NCBI GenBank assembly: GCA_051646985.1
Contig: JBOFDL010000084.1
Span: 1-46,001, forward strand
Length of the DNA stretch: 46,001 bases
Direction: 5' to 3'
From: Bacteroidales bacterium
GTDB taxonomy: Bacteria; Bacteroidota; Bacteroidia; Bacteroidales; UBA932
The translations under genes were made by a program, and so were the position numbers. The notes under the pieces are model-generated. The model did not search any database. It was not told the DNA's origin and worked only from the letters and a program-made list of their open reading frames with translations. This document shows, one piece after another, positions 1 to 10,458 of the stretch; position 1 is the stretch's first letter; each line of letters opens with the position of its first letter.

Positions 1-128
1 GAAGACTTTGTTGGTTGTGCAAACCGTCCCTGCAAGTTGCAGGAAGACTTTGTTGGTTGTGCAAACCGTCTCTGCAAGTTTGCAGGAAGACTTTGTTGGT
101 TGTGCAAACTGTCTCTGTAAGTTTACAG
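1..128. repeat. Tandem direct repeat: 3 head-to-tail copies of a 42/43-bp unit (1-42, 43-85, 86-128), cut by the window start
   Basis: Direct read: GAAGACTTTGTTGGTTGTGCAAACCGT(C/T)(C)CTGCAAG(T)TTGCAG occurs three times with 1-3 substitutions and a 1-nt indel. Each unit contains the inverted repeat CTGCAA..TTGCAG. There are no unique spacers between units. Confidence 0.9.
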
Positions 129-208
129 ATAGGCTTGCAATGTCTAAGATTTTGGATTGAGACTTTGCGTAGAGGCTTAATTTTGCCCCTAATCCACCTC
201 TATGTATT

Positions 209-229
209 GGGGGAGGGGGGGGGGGGGGG
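209..229 (+). repeat. Homopolymeric G tract, G5-A-G15
   Basis: Direct read: g at 209-213, a at 214, g at 215-229, c at 230. It lies in non-coding DNA about 260 bp upstream of truB. Confidence 0.95.
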
Positions 230-368
230 CTTGCGTGAAAGAAGATTGCTTAAATGGGCTAAAAATGCCCTTTGTGAGGACGTTGCTTTTTGCGGTATAT
301 TTGCTAAATATGCGGTGCATTGCGAGTTTTTATTTCGTGGGCAAAAGTAGTTTTTTTTTATGCGAGCG

Positions 369-376
369 CAAAGCTA
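369..376 (-). promoter_or_regulatory. Candidate Bacteroidota -7 promoter box (TAGCTTTG on the minus strand) firing leftwards toward the G tract and tandem repeat
   Basis: The plus strand reads CAAAGCTA, whose reverse complement is TAGCTTTG and matches TAnnTTTG. No target gene is visible inside the window. Confidence 0.3.
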
Positions 377-473
377 AATAAATGCAAGTTGAATACCCAT
401 TGGATATAAATGAACTACGATACAGAACCTTTGGTCTTTCCTCTAGAGGGGATTGTGTTTCATATTTTTGTTT

Positions 474-481
474 TACCTTTG
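474..481 (+). promoter_or_regulatory. Candidate -7 promoter box TACCTTTG for truB-tcdA
   Basis: Exact TAnnTTTG match, 7 nt upstream of the truB ATG at 489. Confidence 0.45.
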
Positions 482-488
482 CCGCGCT

Positions 489-1178
489 ATGCAAACATTC
501 ACAATTCCTGCTCAAGTATTGCCCCTTGATAAGCCCTATGGCTGGTCTTCATTTGATGCAATACGCTACATTCAACGGATTATTCGAGAGGCTACGGGCG
601 CAAAGAAATTCAAAATCGGACACGCCGGTACGCTCGACCCTCTGGCAACGGGTTTGTTATTGATATGTATCGGTGCTGCGACCAAACAAGCGCAATCACT
701 ACAAGATGCTCCAAAGGAATATCTTGCACAAATTTGCTTCGGCGCAAGCACACCTTCGTATGACCTCGAAACGGAGGTTTGCCCCTCTGCCAATGCGCAG
801 CCTTTTTCGCAAACTGAACTCCAAAAAATGCTCGAAAGTATGCTCGGTGAACAACTGCAAATGCCCCCCAACTTCTCGGCAAAACAAGTGGACGGAAAAC
901 GCGCCTATACACTGGCAAGACAGGGAATACAAGCGGATATTAAACCCTCGCAAATCACCCTCTACAGTCTATCCCTGCAAGCCTTCAAGTACCCCTTTGC
1001 AGAGGTCTTAATACGTTGCTCAAAGGGAACTTACATTCGCTCCTTTGCAAACGACCTGGGCTTAAAAATGAACACCCGCGCCTATCTCTGTGGTTTGCGC
1101 CGTACCCAAAATGCGCACTTTTCTGAGAACGATAGTGTAAGTTTGGGAGCCATTAAACAACATTTAATCCTTCAATAA
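489..1178 (+). CDS. truB: tRNA pseudouridine(55) synthase TruB
   Basis: The ORF 453..1178 opens with a TTG. The first ATG at 489 gives MQTFTIPAQVLPLDKPYGWSSFD..., and the GHAGTLDPLATGLL catalytic-Asp motif is typical of TruB. The promoter box at 474-481 lies inside the longer ORF, so I prefer the 489 start. Confidence 0.9.
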   Translation: MQTFTIPAQVLPLDKPYGWSSFDAIRYIQRIIREATGAKKFKIGHAGTLDPLATGLLLICIGAATKQAQSLQDAPKEYLAQICFGASTPSYDLETEVCPSANAQPFSQTELQKMLESMLGEQLQMPPNFSAKQVDGKRAYTLARQGIQADIKPSQITLYSLSLQAFKYPFAEVLIRCSKGTYIRSFANDLGLKMNTRAYLCGLRRTQNAHFSENDSVSLGAIKQHLILQ

Positions 1179-1194
1179 AATCTCGCCTACAGCA

Positions 1195-1911
1195 ATGGAA
1201 GATTGGCAAACTCGCAGCGAATTACTCCTCGGAAAACAAGCCCTCAATAATCTCAAACATTCACACGTTTTGATTGTCGGACTTGGCGGTGTGGGGGCTT
1301 ATGCCGCAGAAATGCTTTGTCGTGCAGGCATTGGCAAATTAACGCTTGTGGATGCTGATACGGTGAGTGATAGTAACCGAAATCGACAACTCGTCGCCTT
1401 ATGTAGTACCCTCGGAAAACCTAAAGTGGAAGTGCTAGCAGCACGTTTACAAGACATCAATCCTAAAATAGAACTGCATTGCTTGCAAAAATACGTACAT
1501 ACCCATGAGTTTGATGATTTATTAAACTCCCCCTATAGTTACGTGATAGATGCCATTGATACGCTCTTACCGAAGGTTAACTTTCTAGAAAAATGTTTGC
1601 AGTATAAACAAAACGTGGTCAGTAGCATGGGCGCAGGGGGTCGCATCGACCCTACACTTGTACAAGTTGCAGATGTTGCCAAATCGCACCATTGCCCATT
1701 GGCATATATGCTCAGAAAACGCCTCCATCAACGAGGTATTCATACGGGATTTCAAGTCGTATTTTCGCCCGAAGCCATCGCAAAGGAAAGTATCGTCTTG
1801 ACAGATGCCGAGTCTAATAAAAAATCCATCGTCGGCACCGTCTCCTATATGCCTGCCGTCTTTGGATGCACTTGCGCAAGTGTGGTGATTCGTCAAATCA
1901 CAAATAAGTAA
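1195..1911 (+). CDS. tcdA: tRNA threonylcarbamoyladenosine dehydratase (ThiF/MoeB-family, TcdA/CsdL-like)
   Basis: VGLGGVGAYAAEMLCRAGIGKLTLVDADTVSDSNRNRQ Rossmann motif. YVIDAIDT and GAGGRIDPT blocks resemble E. coli TcdA. It starts 16 bp after truB. Confidence 0.85.
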   Translation: MEDWQTRSELLLGKQALNNLKHSHVLIVGLGGVGAYAAEMLCRAGIGKLTLVDADTVSDSNRNRQLVALCSTLGKPKVEVLAARLQDINPKIELHCLQKYVHTHEFDDLLNSPYSYVIDAIDTLLPKVNFLEKCLQYKQNVVSSMGAGGRIDPTLVQVADVAKSHHCPLAYMLRKRLHQRGIHTGFQVVFSPEAIAKESIVLTDAESNKKSIVGTVSYMPAVFGCTCASVVIRQITNK

Positions 1912-2063
1912 TCTCCATTTTTTAGGCATTTTGTATCCACGAAACGACATTTTGTCGCTCATTGCTCCAAGCGACTGCCATTTTGGCGCAATAAGCCCGC
2001 TGGCAAACTATTTGAAGTATCGTAAATGGAATATCATTCTAAACTTAAAAACTTATTTTAATT

Positions 2064-4652
2064 ATGGACTTAAATATCTTTACCATCAAAGCGCAAGAGG
2101 TCGTTAATAAGGCCGTAAATATTGCGCAGTCTAAAGGACAACAAGCCATCGATACAGCGCACCTGTTAAAGGCTCTGTTGACCGATGCCGAAAGTATAAG
2201 CCACTTCTTAATCCAAAAACTCGGGGGAAATATCCCAAGCATTCAAACCGAATGCGAGGCAATTATAGATTCCTACCCAAAAGTAAGCGGTGCAAACAAT
2301 TACCTTTCAAACAACGCAAATAAAGCTATCCAAAAAGCCCAAGATACTGCCAAAGAAATGGGCGATGAGTTTGTTGCCGTAGAACATCTATTACAAGGAC
2401 TCATTTCTAGCGGAGATAATGTCGCAAAACTCCTTAAACAAAACGGAGTAAACGAAAAAGACCTTAAACTCGCCATCGCGGATATGCGAAAAGGTGCCAA
2501 AGTAAACAGCCAAAGTGCTGAAAATTCCTACAATGCACTCAATCGATTCGCAATCAATCTCAATGAACAAGCCAAGGCCGGAAAACTTGACCCCGTTATC
2601 GGTCGTGATGAGGAAATTCGACGTGTGCTCCAAATCCTAAGCCGTAGAAGTAAAAATAATCCCATTCTTATCGGAGAACCGGGCGTAGGAAAAACCGCCA
2701 TTGCGGAAGGAATTGCACATCGTATCATCGCAGGGGATGTCCCCGAAAATCTAAAGTCTAAACTCATCTATTCCCTCGATATGGGCGCCCTCATCGCAGG
2801 TGCAAAATACAAAGGAGAGTTTGAAGAACGACTAAAAGCCGTTGTTAATGAGGTCGTATCTTCTGATACCACCATCATTCTATTCATTGACGAAATTCAT
2901 ACCCTTGTCGGTGCAGGAAAAAGCGAAGGCGCAATGGATGCCGCAAATATCCTGAAACCTGCCCTGGCTCGTGGAGATTTAAGAGCAGTCGGCGCAACAA
3001 CCTTGGATGAGTATCAAAAATACTTCGAAAAGGATAAAGCCCTCGAAAGACGATTCCAAACCGTAATCGTAAATGAACCCTCGCCAGAAGATGCAATATC
3101 CATCCTTCGAGGACTAAAAGAACGCTACGAAAATCATCATAAAGTTCGTATAAAAGATGATGCCATTATTGCTGCCGTACAACTCAGTAATCGATACATC
3201 ACCTCTCGATTTTTGCCCGATAAAGCAATCGATTTAATTGATGAGGCTGCCAGTAAACTTCGCCTCGAAATGAACTCTGTTCCTCAATGTATTGATGACC
3301 TTAATCGAAAATTACGCCAACTCGAAATCGAAAGAGAGGCCATAAAACGTGAGAAAAATAACCCAAAAGTCGAGGGACTTACAAGAGAAATTGAAAACCT
3401 CGCCGAACAACGAAATAAACTCAACGCTCAATGGCAACAAGAAAAAGATGTCATCGACCGTATTCAAAAACATAAACAAGCGATTGAAGCCTTTAAACTG
3501 CAAGCCGAAAATGCAGAACGACAAGGAGATTACGGATTGGTCGCAGAACTTCGCTATGGGAAAGTCCAAGAAGCAGAAAAAGAAATTCAAGCATTAACCA
3601 AACAAAAAGAAGAAAATGCTCATGCACTATCACTCGTAAATGAGGAGGTTAATCCTGAAGATATTGCAGAGGTTATTGCAAAATGGACAGGTATCCCTAT
3701 CTCTAAAATGCTGCAATCAGAACGTGCAAAGTTATTAAATCTCGAAGATGAACTTCATAAACGAGTAGTCGGACAAGATGAGGCAATTGAAGCCATCGCC
3801 AACGCCGTAAGACGTAATCGTGCAGGACTACAAGATGAAAAACGCCCCATTGGCTCATTCATATTCCTAGGAAGTACAGGCGTGGGAAAAACAGAACTCG
3901 CAAAAGCACTCGCAGAGTTTTTGTTCGACGACGAAAACTTAATGACACGCATTGATATGAGTGAATATCAAGAAAAACACGCCATCTCTCGCCTCATCGG
4001 TGCGCCTCCAGGATATGTAGGATACGATGAAGGAGGACAATTAACCGAAGCCGTAAGAAGAAAACCGTATTCGGTTGTATTGCTCGATGAAATTGAAAAA
4101 GCACATCCAGATGTATTCAATACCTTGCTGCAAGTGCTGGACGATGGAAGACTTACTGATAATAAAGGACGATTAGTTAATTTCAAAAATACCATCATCA
4201 TTATGACCTCAAATGCGGGCTCGCATATCATAATGGAAAATATGGAAAATCTCGTGAAGGAAAAACGAGAAAAAGCGCTGGAAGAAACAAAGTCGAAAAT
4301 CCTTGAACTCCTTCGTCAAACCATACGACCTGAGTTTCTTAATCGTATTGATGAAATTATTATGTTTACGCCTCTTATGCGCAAGGATATTGAAACAATC
4401 GTGGAACTACAAGTAAAACAAGTTCAAAATATGCTTGCTAAAAATGATGTGAAACTTCATCTTACAGCCTCTGCAATGCGTTGGATTGTTGACCAAGGAT
4501 ATGACCCAATGTTTGGAGCACGTCCCGTAAAACGTGTCCTACAACGAGAACTCTTAAATTCTCTTGCGAAACAATTACTTGCGGGGGGTATCGACAAAGA
4601 CCAAGAAATTACGGTTGATTTCTTAGATGATAAACTTCTCTTTAGAAATTAA
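2064..4652 (+). CDS. clpB: ATP-dependent chaperone/disaggregase ClpB
   Basis: 862 aa with a Clp N domain and two Walker A loops (GEPGVGKT and GSTGVGKT). A long coiled-coil middle domain lies between NBD1 and NBD2. Confidence 0.95.
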   Translation: MDLNIFTIKAQEVVNKAVNIAQSKGQQAIDTAHLLKALLTDAESISHFLIQKLGGNIPSIQTECEAIIDSYPKVSGANNYLSNNANKAIQKAQDTAKEMGDEFVAVEHLLQGLISSGDNVAKLLKQNGVNEKDLKLAIADMRKGAKVNSQSAENSYNALNRFAINLNEQAKAGKLDPVIGRDEEIRRVLQILSRRSKNNPILIGEPGVGKTAIAEGIAHRIIAGDVPENLKSKLIYSLDMGALIAGAKYKGEFEERLKAVVNEVVSSDTTIILFIDEIHTLVGAGKSEGAMDAANILKPALARGDLRAVGATTLDEYQKYFEKDKALERRFQTVIVNEPSPEDAISILRGLKERYENHHKVRIKDDAIIAAVQLSNRYITSRFLPDKAIDLIDEAASKLRLEMNSVPQCIDDLNRKLRQLEIEREAIKREKNNPKVEGLTREIENLAEQRNKLNAQWQQEKDVIDRIQKHKQAIEAFKLQAENAERQGDYGLVAELRYGKVQEAEKEIQALTKQKEENAHALSLVNEEVNPEDIAEVIAKWTGIPISKMLQSERAKLLNLEDELHKRVVGQDEAIEAIANAVRRNRAGLQDEKRPIGSFIFLGSTGVGKTELAKALAEFLFDDENLMTRIDMSEYQEKHAISRLIGAPPGYVGYDEGGQLTEAVRRKPYSVVLLDEIEKAHPDVFNTLLQVLDDGRLTDNKGRLVNFKNTIIIMTSNAGSHIIMENMENLVKEKREKALEETKSKILELLRQTIRPEFLNRIDEIIMFTPLMRKDIETIVELQVKQVQNMLAKNDVKLHLTASAMRWIVDQGYDPMFGARPVKRVLQRELLNSLAKQLLAGGIDKDQEITVDFLDDKLLFRN

Positions 4653-4675
4653 ACCTCTGCGTTGATACTCAAAAT

Positions 4676-4722
4676 AAAAGCCTATCTCCCCTATAGAAAT
4701 AGGCTTTTATTTATAGGCTTTT
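4676..4722. terminator. Bidirectional intrinsic terminator between convergent clpB and the DedA-family gene
   Basis: AAAAGCCTAT(CT) at 4676-4687 pairs with (AGAA)ATAGGCTTTT at 4695-4708. An A-run lies upstream and a T-run downstream, so it could work on both strands. A second ATAGGCTTTT copy sits at 4713-4722. Confidence 0.6.
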
Positions 4723-4734
4723 GAAAACTCCGCC

Positions 4735-5391
4735 CTAAGACGACTGCTCTGATTTCGCCTTCGTGAAAATTGCTTTGTACATTAAAAAGCAAATAAACAA
4801 ACCTCCAAGTAGAAGAAAAGATATCTTTAATTCATGAAAAATAGAGGAAAACATGGATAAATTGCGAGCGCAAATATAACCAATCACTGCAAGAATAATA
4901 TTCCATACAAATGCGCCTATAAATGTGTATATGGAAAAAGGAATAACGGGCATTTTAGAAATTCCTGCGGGGATGGATATTAACTGTCGAATTCCAGGTA
5001 TCAATCGTCCAATAAGTGTGGATATTTTACCATTCTTTACAAAGTAAGCCTCCGCCTTCTCTACCTTATCTTGGTCGATAAGAAAGGCGTGCGATAAACG
5101 AGTATTGGCAAGCTTATGAATAACAGGACGCCCCAAATACCATCCCATATAATAATTGATATAGGCGCCTATAAGTGCGCCAATTGTTCCAAGTATTACA
5201 AGTAAGGGAATGCTCAATGTGCCTGCGGTTACTGCAATAATAACGGCTGGTGGAATAATTATCTCAGAGGGAAAGGGTACAAATGAACTTTCTATTATCA
5301 TAAGTCCAATTACCCAAAGGTAAATGGCGATGGGCGCAATACTACCAAAAAAATCAAGGGCGGTCTCTAAACTAGAAAAGTGTTCTAACAT
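4735..5391 (-). CDS. DedA/VTT-domain family inner-membrane protein
   Basis: 218 aa and multi-pass hydrophobic. Contains the FPSEIIIPPAG..., YFVKNGKISTLIGRLIPGIRQLISIPAG block typical of the DedA family. Confidence 0.85.
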   Translation of the reverse strand: MLEHFSSLETALDFFGSIAPIAIYLWVIGLMIIESSFVPFPSEIIIPPAVIIAVTAGTLSIPLLVILGTIGALIGAYINYYMGWYLGRPVIHKLANTRLSHAFLIDQDKVEKAEAYFVKNGKISTLIGRLIPGIRQLISIPAGISKMPVIPFSIYTFIGAFVWNIILAVIGYICARNLSMFSSIFHELKISFLLLGGLFICFLMYKAIFTKAKSEQSS

Positions 5392-5397
5392 ATTGAT

Positions 5398-6885
5398 TTA
5401 GGATAAAGTATAGGTTTGATATAATTGCATAATCTCTGCATTATTTTTGGCTTCTGGATTAAAACTAAAAAAATCTTCTGCGCCTCGTATATTCATCTCA
5501 AAGCCTTGTTTCAAGAAAAATAAACATGAAGTCATACGTTGTTGAACATAAAACAAAGTGGCTAAACGATATAAGGGCTCGTGTACGTTTTTATTCTTAA
5601 AAAGAGAGCGTTGTAATATTTTAATAGCTGCTGGTACATCATTTTGCAAAAGCTTGCAATCTGCCAAGCAAAGCCAAGCGTCTATAAATTTTACATTTTT
5701 GGCGAGAATCTTTCGAAAGGTTTTTTCTGCTGCAATGAATTCTAGGTGATGTGTTTGCATACGTCCTTTGAGTAATAAGGCTTCTTCATCCTTAGGTCTT
5801 TCTGCTAAACAAATCGCTAATTGTTCATTGGCTTTGGAGTACTCGCCCATCTCAAAATACAAAGAGGCAATATTGACCATCGCTTGCTCATAAGCACTTT
5901 TTGCAGAATGGCTTGTAAATGATTTGTCGGTGTATTCTTGAATAAGTGTATTATAGGATTGTAGGGCTTCGTCTAATTGCTCTAAATATTCGTAGCAAGC
6001 GGCTTTTTGATATAGTATCTGAAGACTGTATTCGCTAAATTCAGTGGTCGCAAAATACTGATTCGCTTCTGCAAGGGCTTCTTCTACTCTGTCTAGGTCT
6101 AATAATAGTTCGAGTTTTTCAAATAATAACCTTGCCATATCTTCGTCATTGAAGGATGTTTTTTTTAGTGCACCTTCAATCAAATCAAGGGCTTCTGGAT
6201 AACGATTATTATACGTGTAATACTGTGCTAAGTGTACATAGGAGTACGCACTCATGGGATATTTCGCTAATTCTTTTGAACGCAAAAGAGCTTGTAGTCC
6301 GTCTTTAAAATTACCATTGTGATATTGTAGGAATGCAACCATATCCCAAGCATCACTGCAATTGGATAGCCGGGCATATTCACATTGATAACGAATGGCT
6401 TCATGGTAATCGCCTGCTCTCAAAAAGGTTAACATCGCTGAACTATAAAACTCGTGCTCCTCCTCTTCGCTAGAGGCTTGTTTTATTAATTCTTCGAGAA
6501 TTTGCTTGGCTTCTCCTTTATTGCCTTGAAGTGCTAAGATACTTGCTTGTTCTATGGTAATTTCTACGTCTGCACTATGCTTGGAGGCTTCATATAAAAC
6601 GTGCATCGCTTCTTCGTAGCGTTTTAAGTGTTTTAGTTTATCTACTTTTTCTAAATAAAAGTCAAGGTTATTAGGGTGTTGTCTAATTGCCATATTTAAT
6701 GCTTTTAGACTTAGTGCTTCTCCTCCTTTGCCTTTATAGCCATATTTGTAGTAATTGATAATTTCTTGTAATTCATCTACTGAAAAATCAAATTCTGTGT
6801 TGACTTGATGCAAAAGTTCATAACACATAACAGCGTCTGTATAACTGCCTATAGGGGGGATATCGTTTTCGTCTTCAGAATACAT
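5398..6885 (-). CDS. Tetratricopeptide (TPR) repeat protein, function unknown
   Basis: 495 aa with repeated ~34-aa helical A/Y/L-rich units (e.g. YYTYNNRYPEALDLIEGALK, YFEMGEYSKANEQLAICL). There is no signal peptide. Gaps to both neighbours are 5-6 bp. Confidence 0.7.
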   Translation of the reverse strand: MYSEDENDIPPIGSYTDAVMCYELLHQVNTEFDFSVDELQEIINYYKYGYKGKGGEALSLKALNMAIRQHPNNLDFYLEKVDKLKHLKRYEEAMHVLYEASKHSADVEITIEQASILALQGNKGEAKQILEELIKQASSEEEEHEFYSSAMLTFLRAGDYHEAIRYQCEYARLSNCSDAWDMVAFLQYHNGNFKDGLQALLRSKELAKYPMSAYSYVHLAQYYTYNNRYPEALDLIEGALKKTSFNDEDMARLLFEKLELLLDLDRVEEALAEANQYFATTEFSEYSLQILYQKAACYEYLEQLDEALQSYNTLIQEYTDKSFTSHSAKSAYEQAMVNIASLYFEMGEYSKANEQLAICLAERPKDEEALLLKGRMQTHHLEFIAAEKTFRKILAKNVKFIDAWLCLADCKLLQNDVPAAIKILQRSLFKNKNVHEPLYRLATLFYVQQRMTSCLFFLKQGFEMNIRGAEDFFSFNPEAKNNAEIMQLYQTYTLS

Positions 6886-6890
6886 AGTTT

Positions 6891-7769
6891 TTATTTGGAT
6901 GGAAGTAGAGATTCTATTTTCTCGAATAATACGCTTGAAACCGGTACTAGAGGAAGACGTAATTCATTTTTTATCATCCCAATCACACTAAGTGCTGCTT
7001 TAACGCCTGCGGGATTGCCTTCTTCAAATAGAGCGTCAATAAAGGGTAAAAGCTTAAGGTGTATCTCTGCTGATTTATGATTCTCTTCTCCTAAGGCATA
7101 TTGTGCCAATTGACTGATTTGCTGAGGTATGATATTCGCAGCAACTGATATAAGTCCTTTTGCTCCCATTGAAATCATAGGTAGCGCCATTGCATCATCG
7201 CCCGAAATGACTAAAAAATCTTTTGGTTTGTCACGTAAGATATAGCCTACTTGGGATAAATTTGCAGAAGCTTCTTTTACTGCAATTATATTTGAAAAGT
7301 TATGGGCTAAACGTAAAGTAGTAGAGGCTGCTAAGTTTATCCCTGTTCGACCTGGCACATTGTACAAAATAAGAGGTAACGATAAAGACATTGCAATCTC
7401 TTTATAGTGTGCATATAGCCCTTGTTGCGAGGGCTTATTATAATAGGGAGTAACGGACATTAGTGCAGAAATATGAGTAAAGTCCGTTTTTGCAATAGTC
7501 GCTAACATATCACTCGTGTTATTGCCGCCAAGTCCTAATACAATAGGTAATTTATGTGTATTGCATTGATGAATGTGATGTATAATTGCGGTTTTCTCTG
7601 CCGTGGTTAAGGTTGCGGTTTCGGCAGTAGTGCCTAGAACAACAAGATAATTGGCTCCATTATTAGATACAAAGTGAACAAGGCTTTCAAGTGCAGTGAA
7701 GTCTATTTTTCCTTCTCTATCAAAAGGAGTAATCAATGCAACGCCAAGTCCTGTTAATTGTGTATTCAT
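6891..7769 (-). CDS. dapA: 4-hydroxy-tetrahydrodipicolinate synthase
   Basis: 292 aa with LVVLGTTAE, YNVPGRTG and IIAVKEAS (Schiff-base Lys) motifs. Confidence 0.92.
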   Translation of the reverse strand: MNTQLTGLGVALITPFDREGKIDFTALESLVHFVSNNGANYLVVLGTTAETATLTTAEKTAIIHHIHQCNTHKLPIVLGLGGNNTSDMLATIAKTDFTHISALMSVTPYYNKPSQQGLYAHYKEIAMSLSLPLILYNVPGRTGINLAASTTLRLAHNFSNIIAVKEASANLSQVGYILRDKPKDFLVISGDDAMALPMISMGAKGLISVAANIIPQQISQLAQYALGEENHKSAEIHLKLLPFIDALFEEGNPAGVKAALSVIGMIKNELRLPLVPVSSVLFEKIESLLPSK

Positions 7770-7775
7770 TGCTTC

Positions 7776-8312
7776 TTAATTTTTGGGATTGTTTATGGTT
7801 GAAAGATAGTAGTTAATTTGTTGAAGATACTCTTGCAAAGAGGCTTCTTTTGGCAAATCAATAATCATATCATAAGGATTATTGGGGTAAAAAATGCCGC
7901 CAATAATCATACGGGCTTGAAGTACTGAAACAATGTAGTGTAAGGGAAATTTATGCTCTTGCCGACAAAGGTCAATGGCAATATCATAGGGTTGCGATAA
8001 TTTGTTGTCTCGGTCAATAGGACAGCCAAACCAATTCAATTGTTTTTGACTAAATATTTTAACGTTGTTTACTGGAAGTTTTGGCTCTGGTAAAATTTCT
8101 TTCTCTTTATACAAAATAAACGAGCATTGTATATTCTTTTTCTGAAAAAATGTTTTTATAAACGGTAGATTTTGCAATACTTCTTTTTCTTGCATATCCA
8201 ATATCAACACAACGGTTTTTGCTGCATCAAATGAAACAAATTGTTTGTTTCTTGGCTTTTGTCTGCTCGTTATCGCTCGATTTTGCAACCAACGAAATAC
8301 CATATCTATCAT
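7776..8312 (-). CDS. Hypothetical protein (178 aa) embedded between ligA and dapA
   Basis: ATG-started ORF, 19 bp after ligA and 6 bp before dapA. I recognise no catalytic motif, signal peptide or TM segment. Confidence 0.6.
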   Translation of the reverse strand: MIDMVFRWLQNRAITSRQKPRNKQFVSFDAAKTVVLILDMQEKEVLQNLPFIKTFFQKKNIQCSFILYKEKEILPEPKLPVNNVKIFSQKQLNWFGCPIDRDNKLSQPYDIAIDLCRQEHKFPLHYIVSVLQARMIIGGIFYPNNPYDMIIDLPKEASLQEYLQQINYYLSTINNPKN

Positions 8313-8331
8313 ACCTCTATGCTTTTTATTA

Positions 8332-10338
<2,007 letters not shown>

Positions 10339-10420
10339 CTAATCTACTATAAATTCTCTCAACATTCAATGCTTTTTTTCAACAGACCTAAAAAAGGATC
10401 ATATCAAATTTGTTTTTTTG

Positions 10421-10428
10421 TACCTTTG
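10421..10428 (+). promoter_or_regulatory. Candidate -7 promoter box TACCTTTG for glutamine synthetase
   Basis: Exact TAnnTTTG match, 30 nt upstream of the ATG at 10459. Confidence 0.45.
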
Positions 10429-10458
10429 CGACTTCATCTTTTCATACATTCTTTCCTT

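Noticed and set aside
1-128. CRISPR array. The unit even contains GTTGTG, as I recall for long Bacteroidota type II-C repeats.
   Set aside because: The units are directly contiguous with no unique spacers, only three copies are visible, and no cas genes are in the window. It is a plain tandem repeat.
453-488. Longer truB start at 453.
   Set aside because: The codon at 453 is TTG and the added residues (CFIFLFYLCRA) are not TruB-like. The extension would also contain the TACCTTTG promoter box. The ATG at 489 fits the TruB N-terminus.
15-663. ORFs 15..350 (+), 330..515 (-) and 382..663 (+) in the upstream non-coding region.
   Set aside because: The translations are repeat-derived or low-complexity (for example the repeat read as CKPSLQV twice). 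They overlap each other and truB, and none has a recognisable motif. I treat them as spurious.
10369-10458. Longer glutamine synthetase start at 10369 (759 aa).
   Set aside because: The extra 30 residues are hydrophobic junk and span the candidate promoter box. The ATG at 10459 gives the 729-aa length expected for type III GS.
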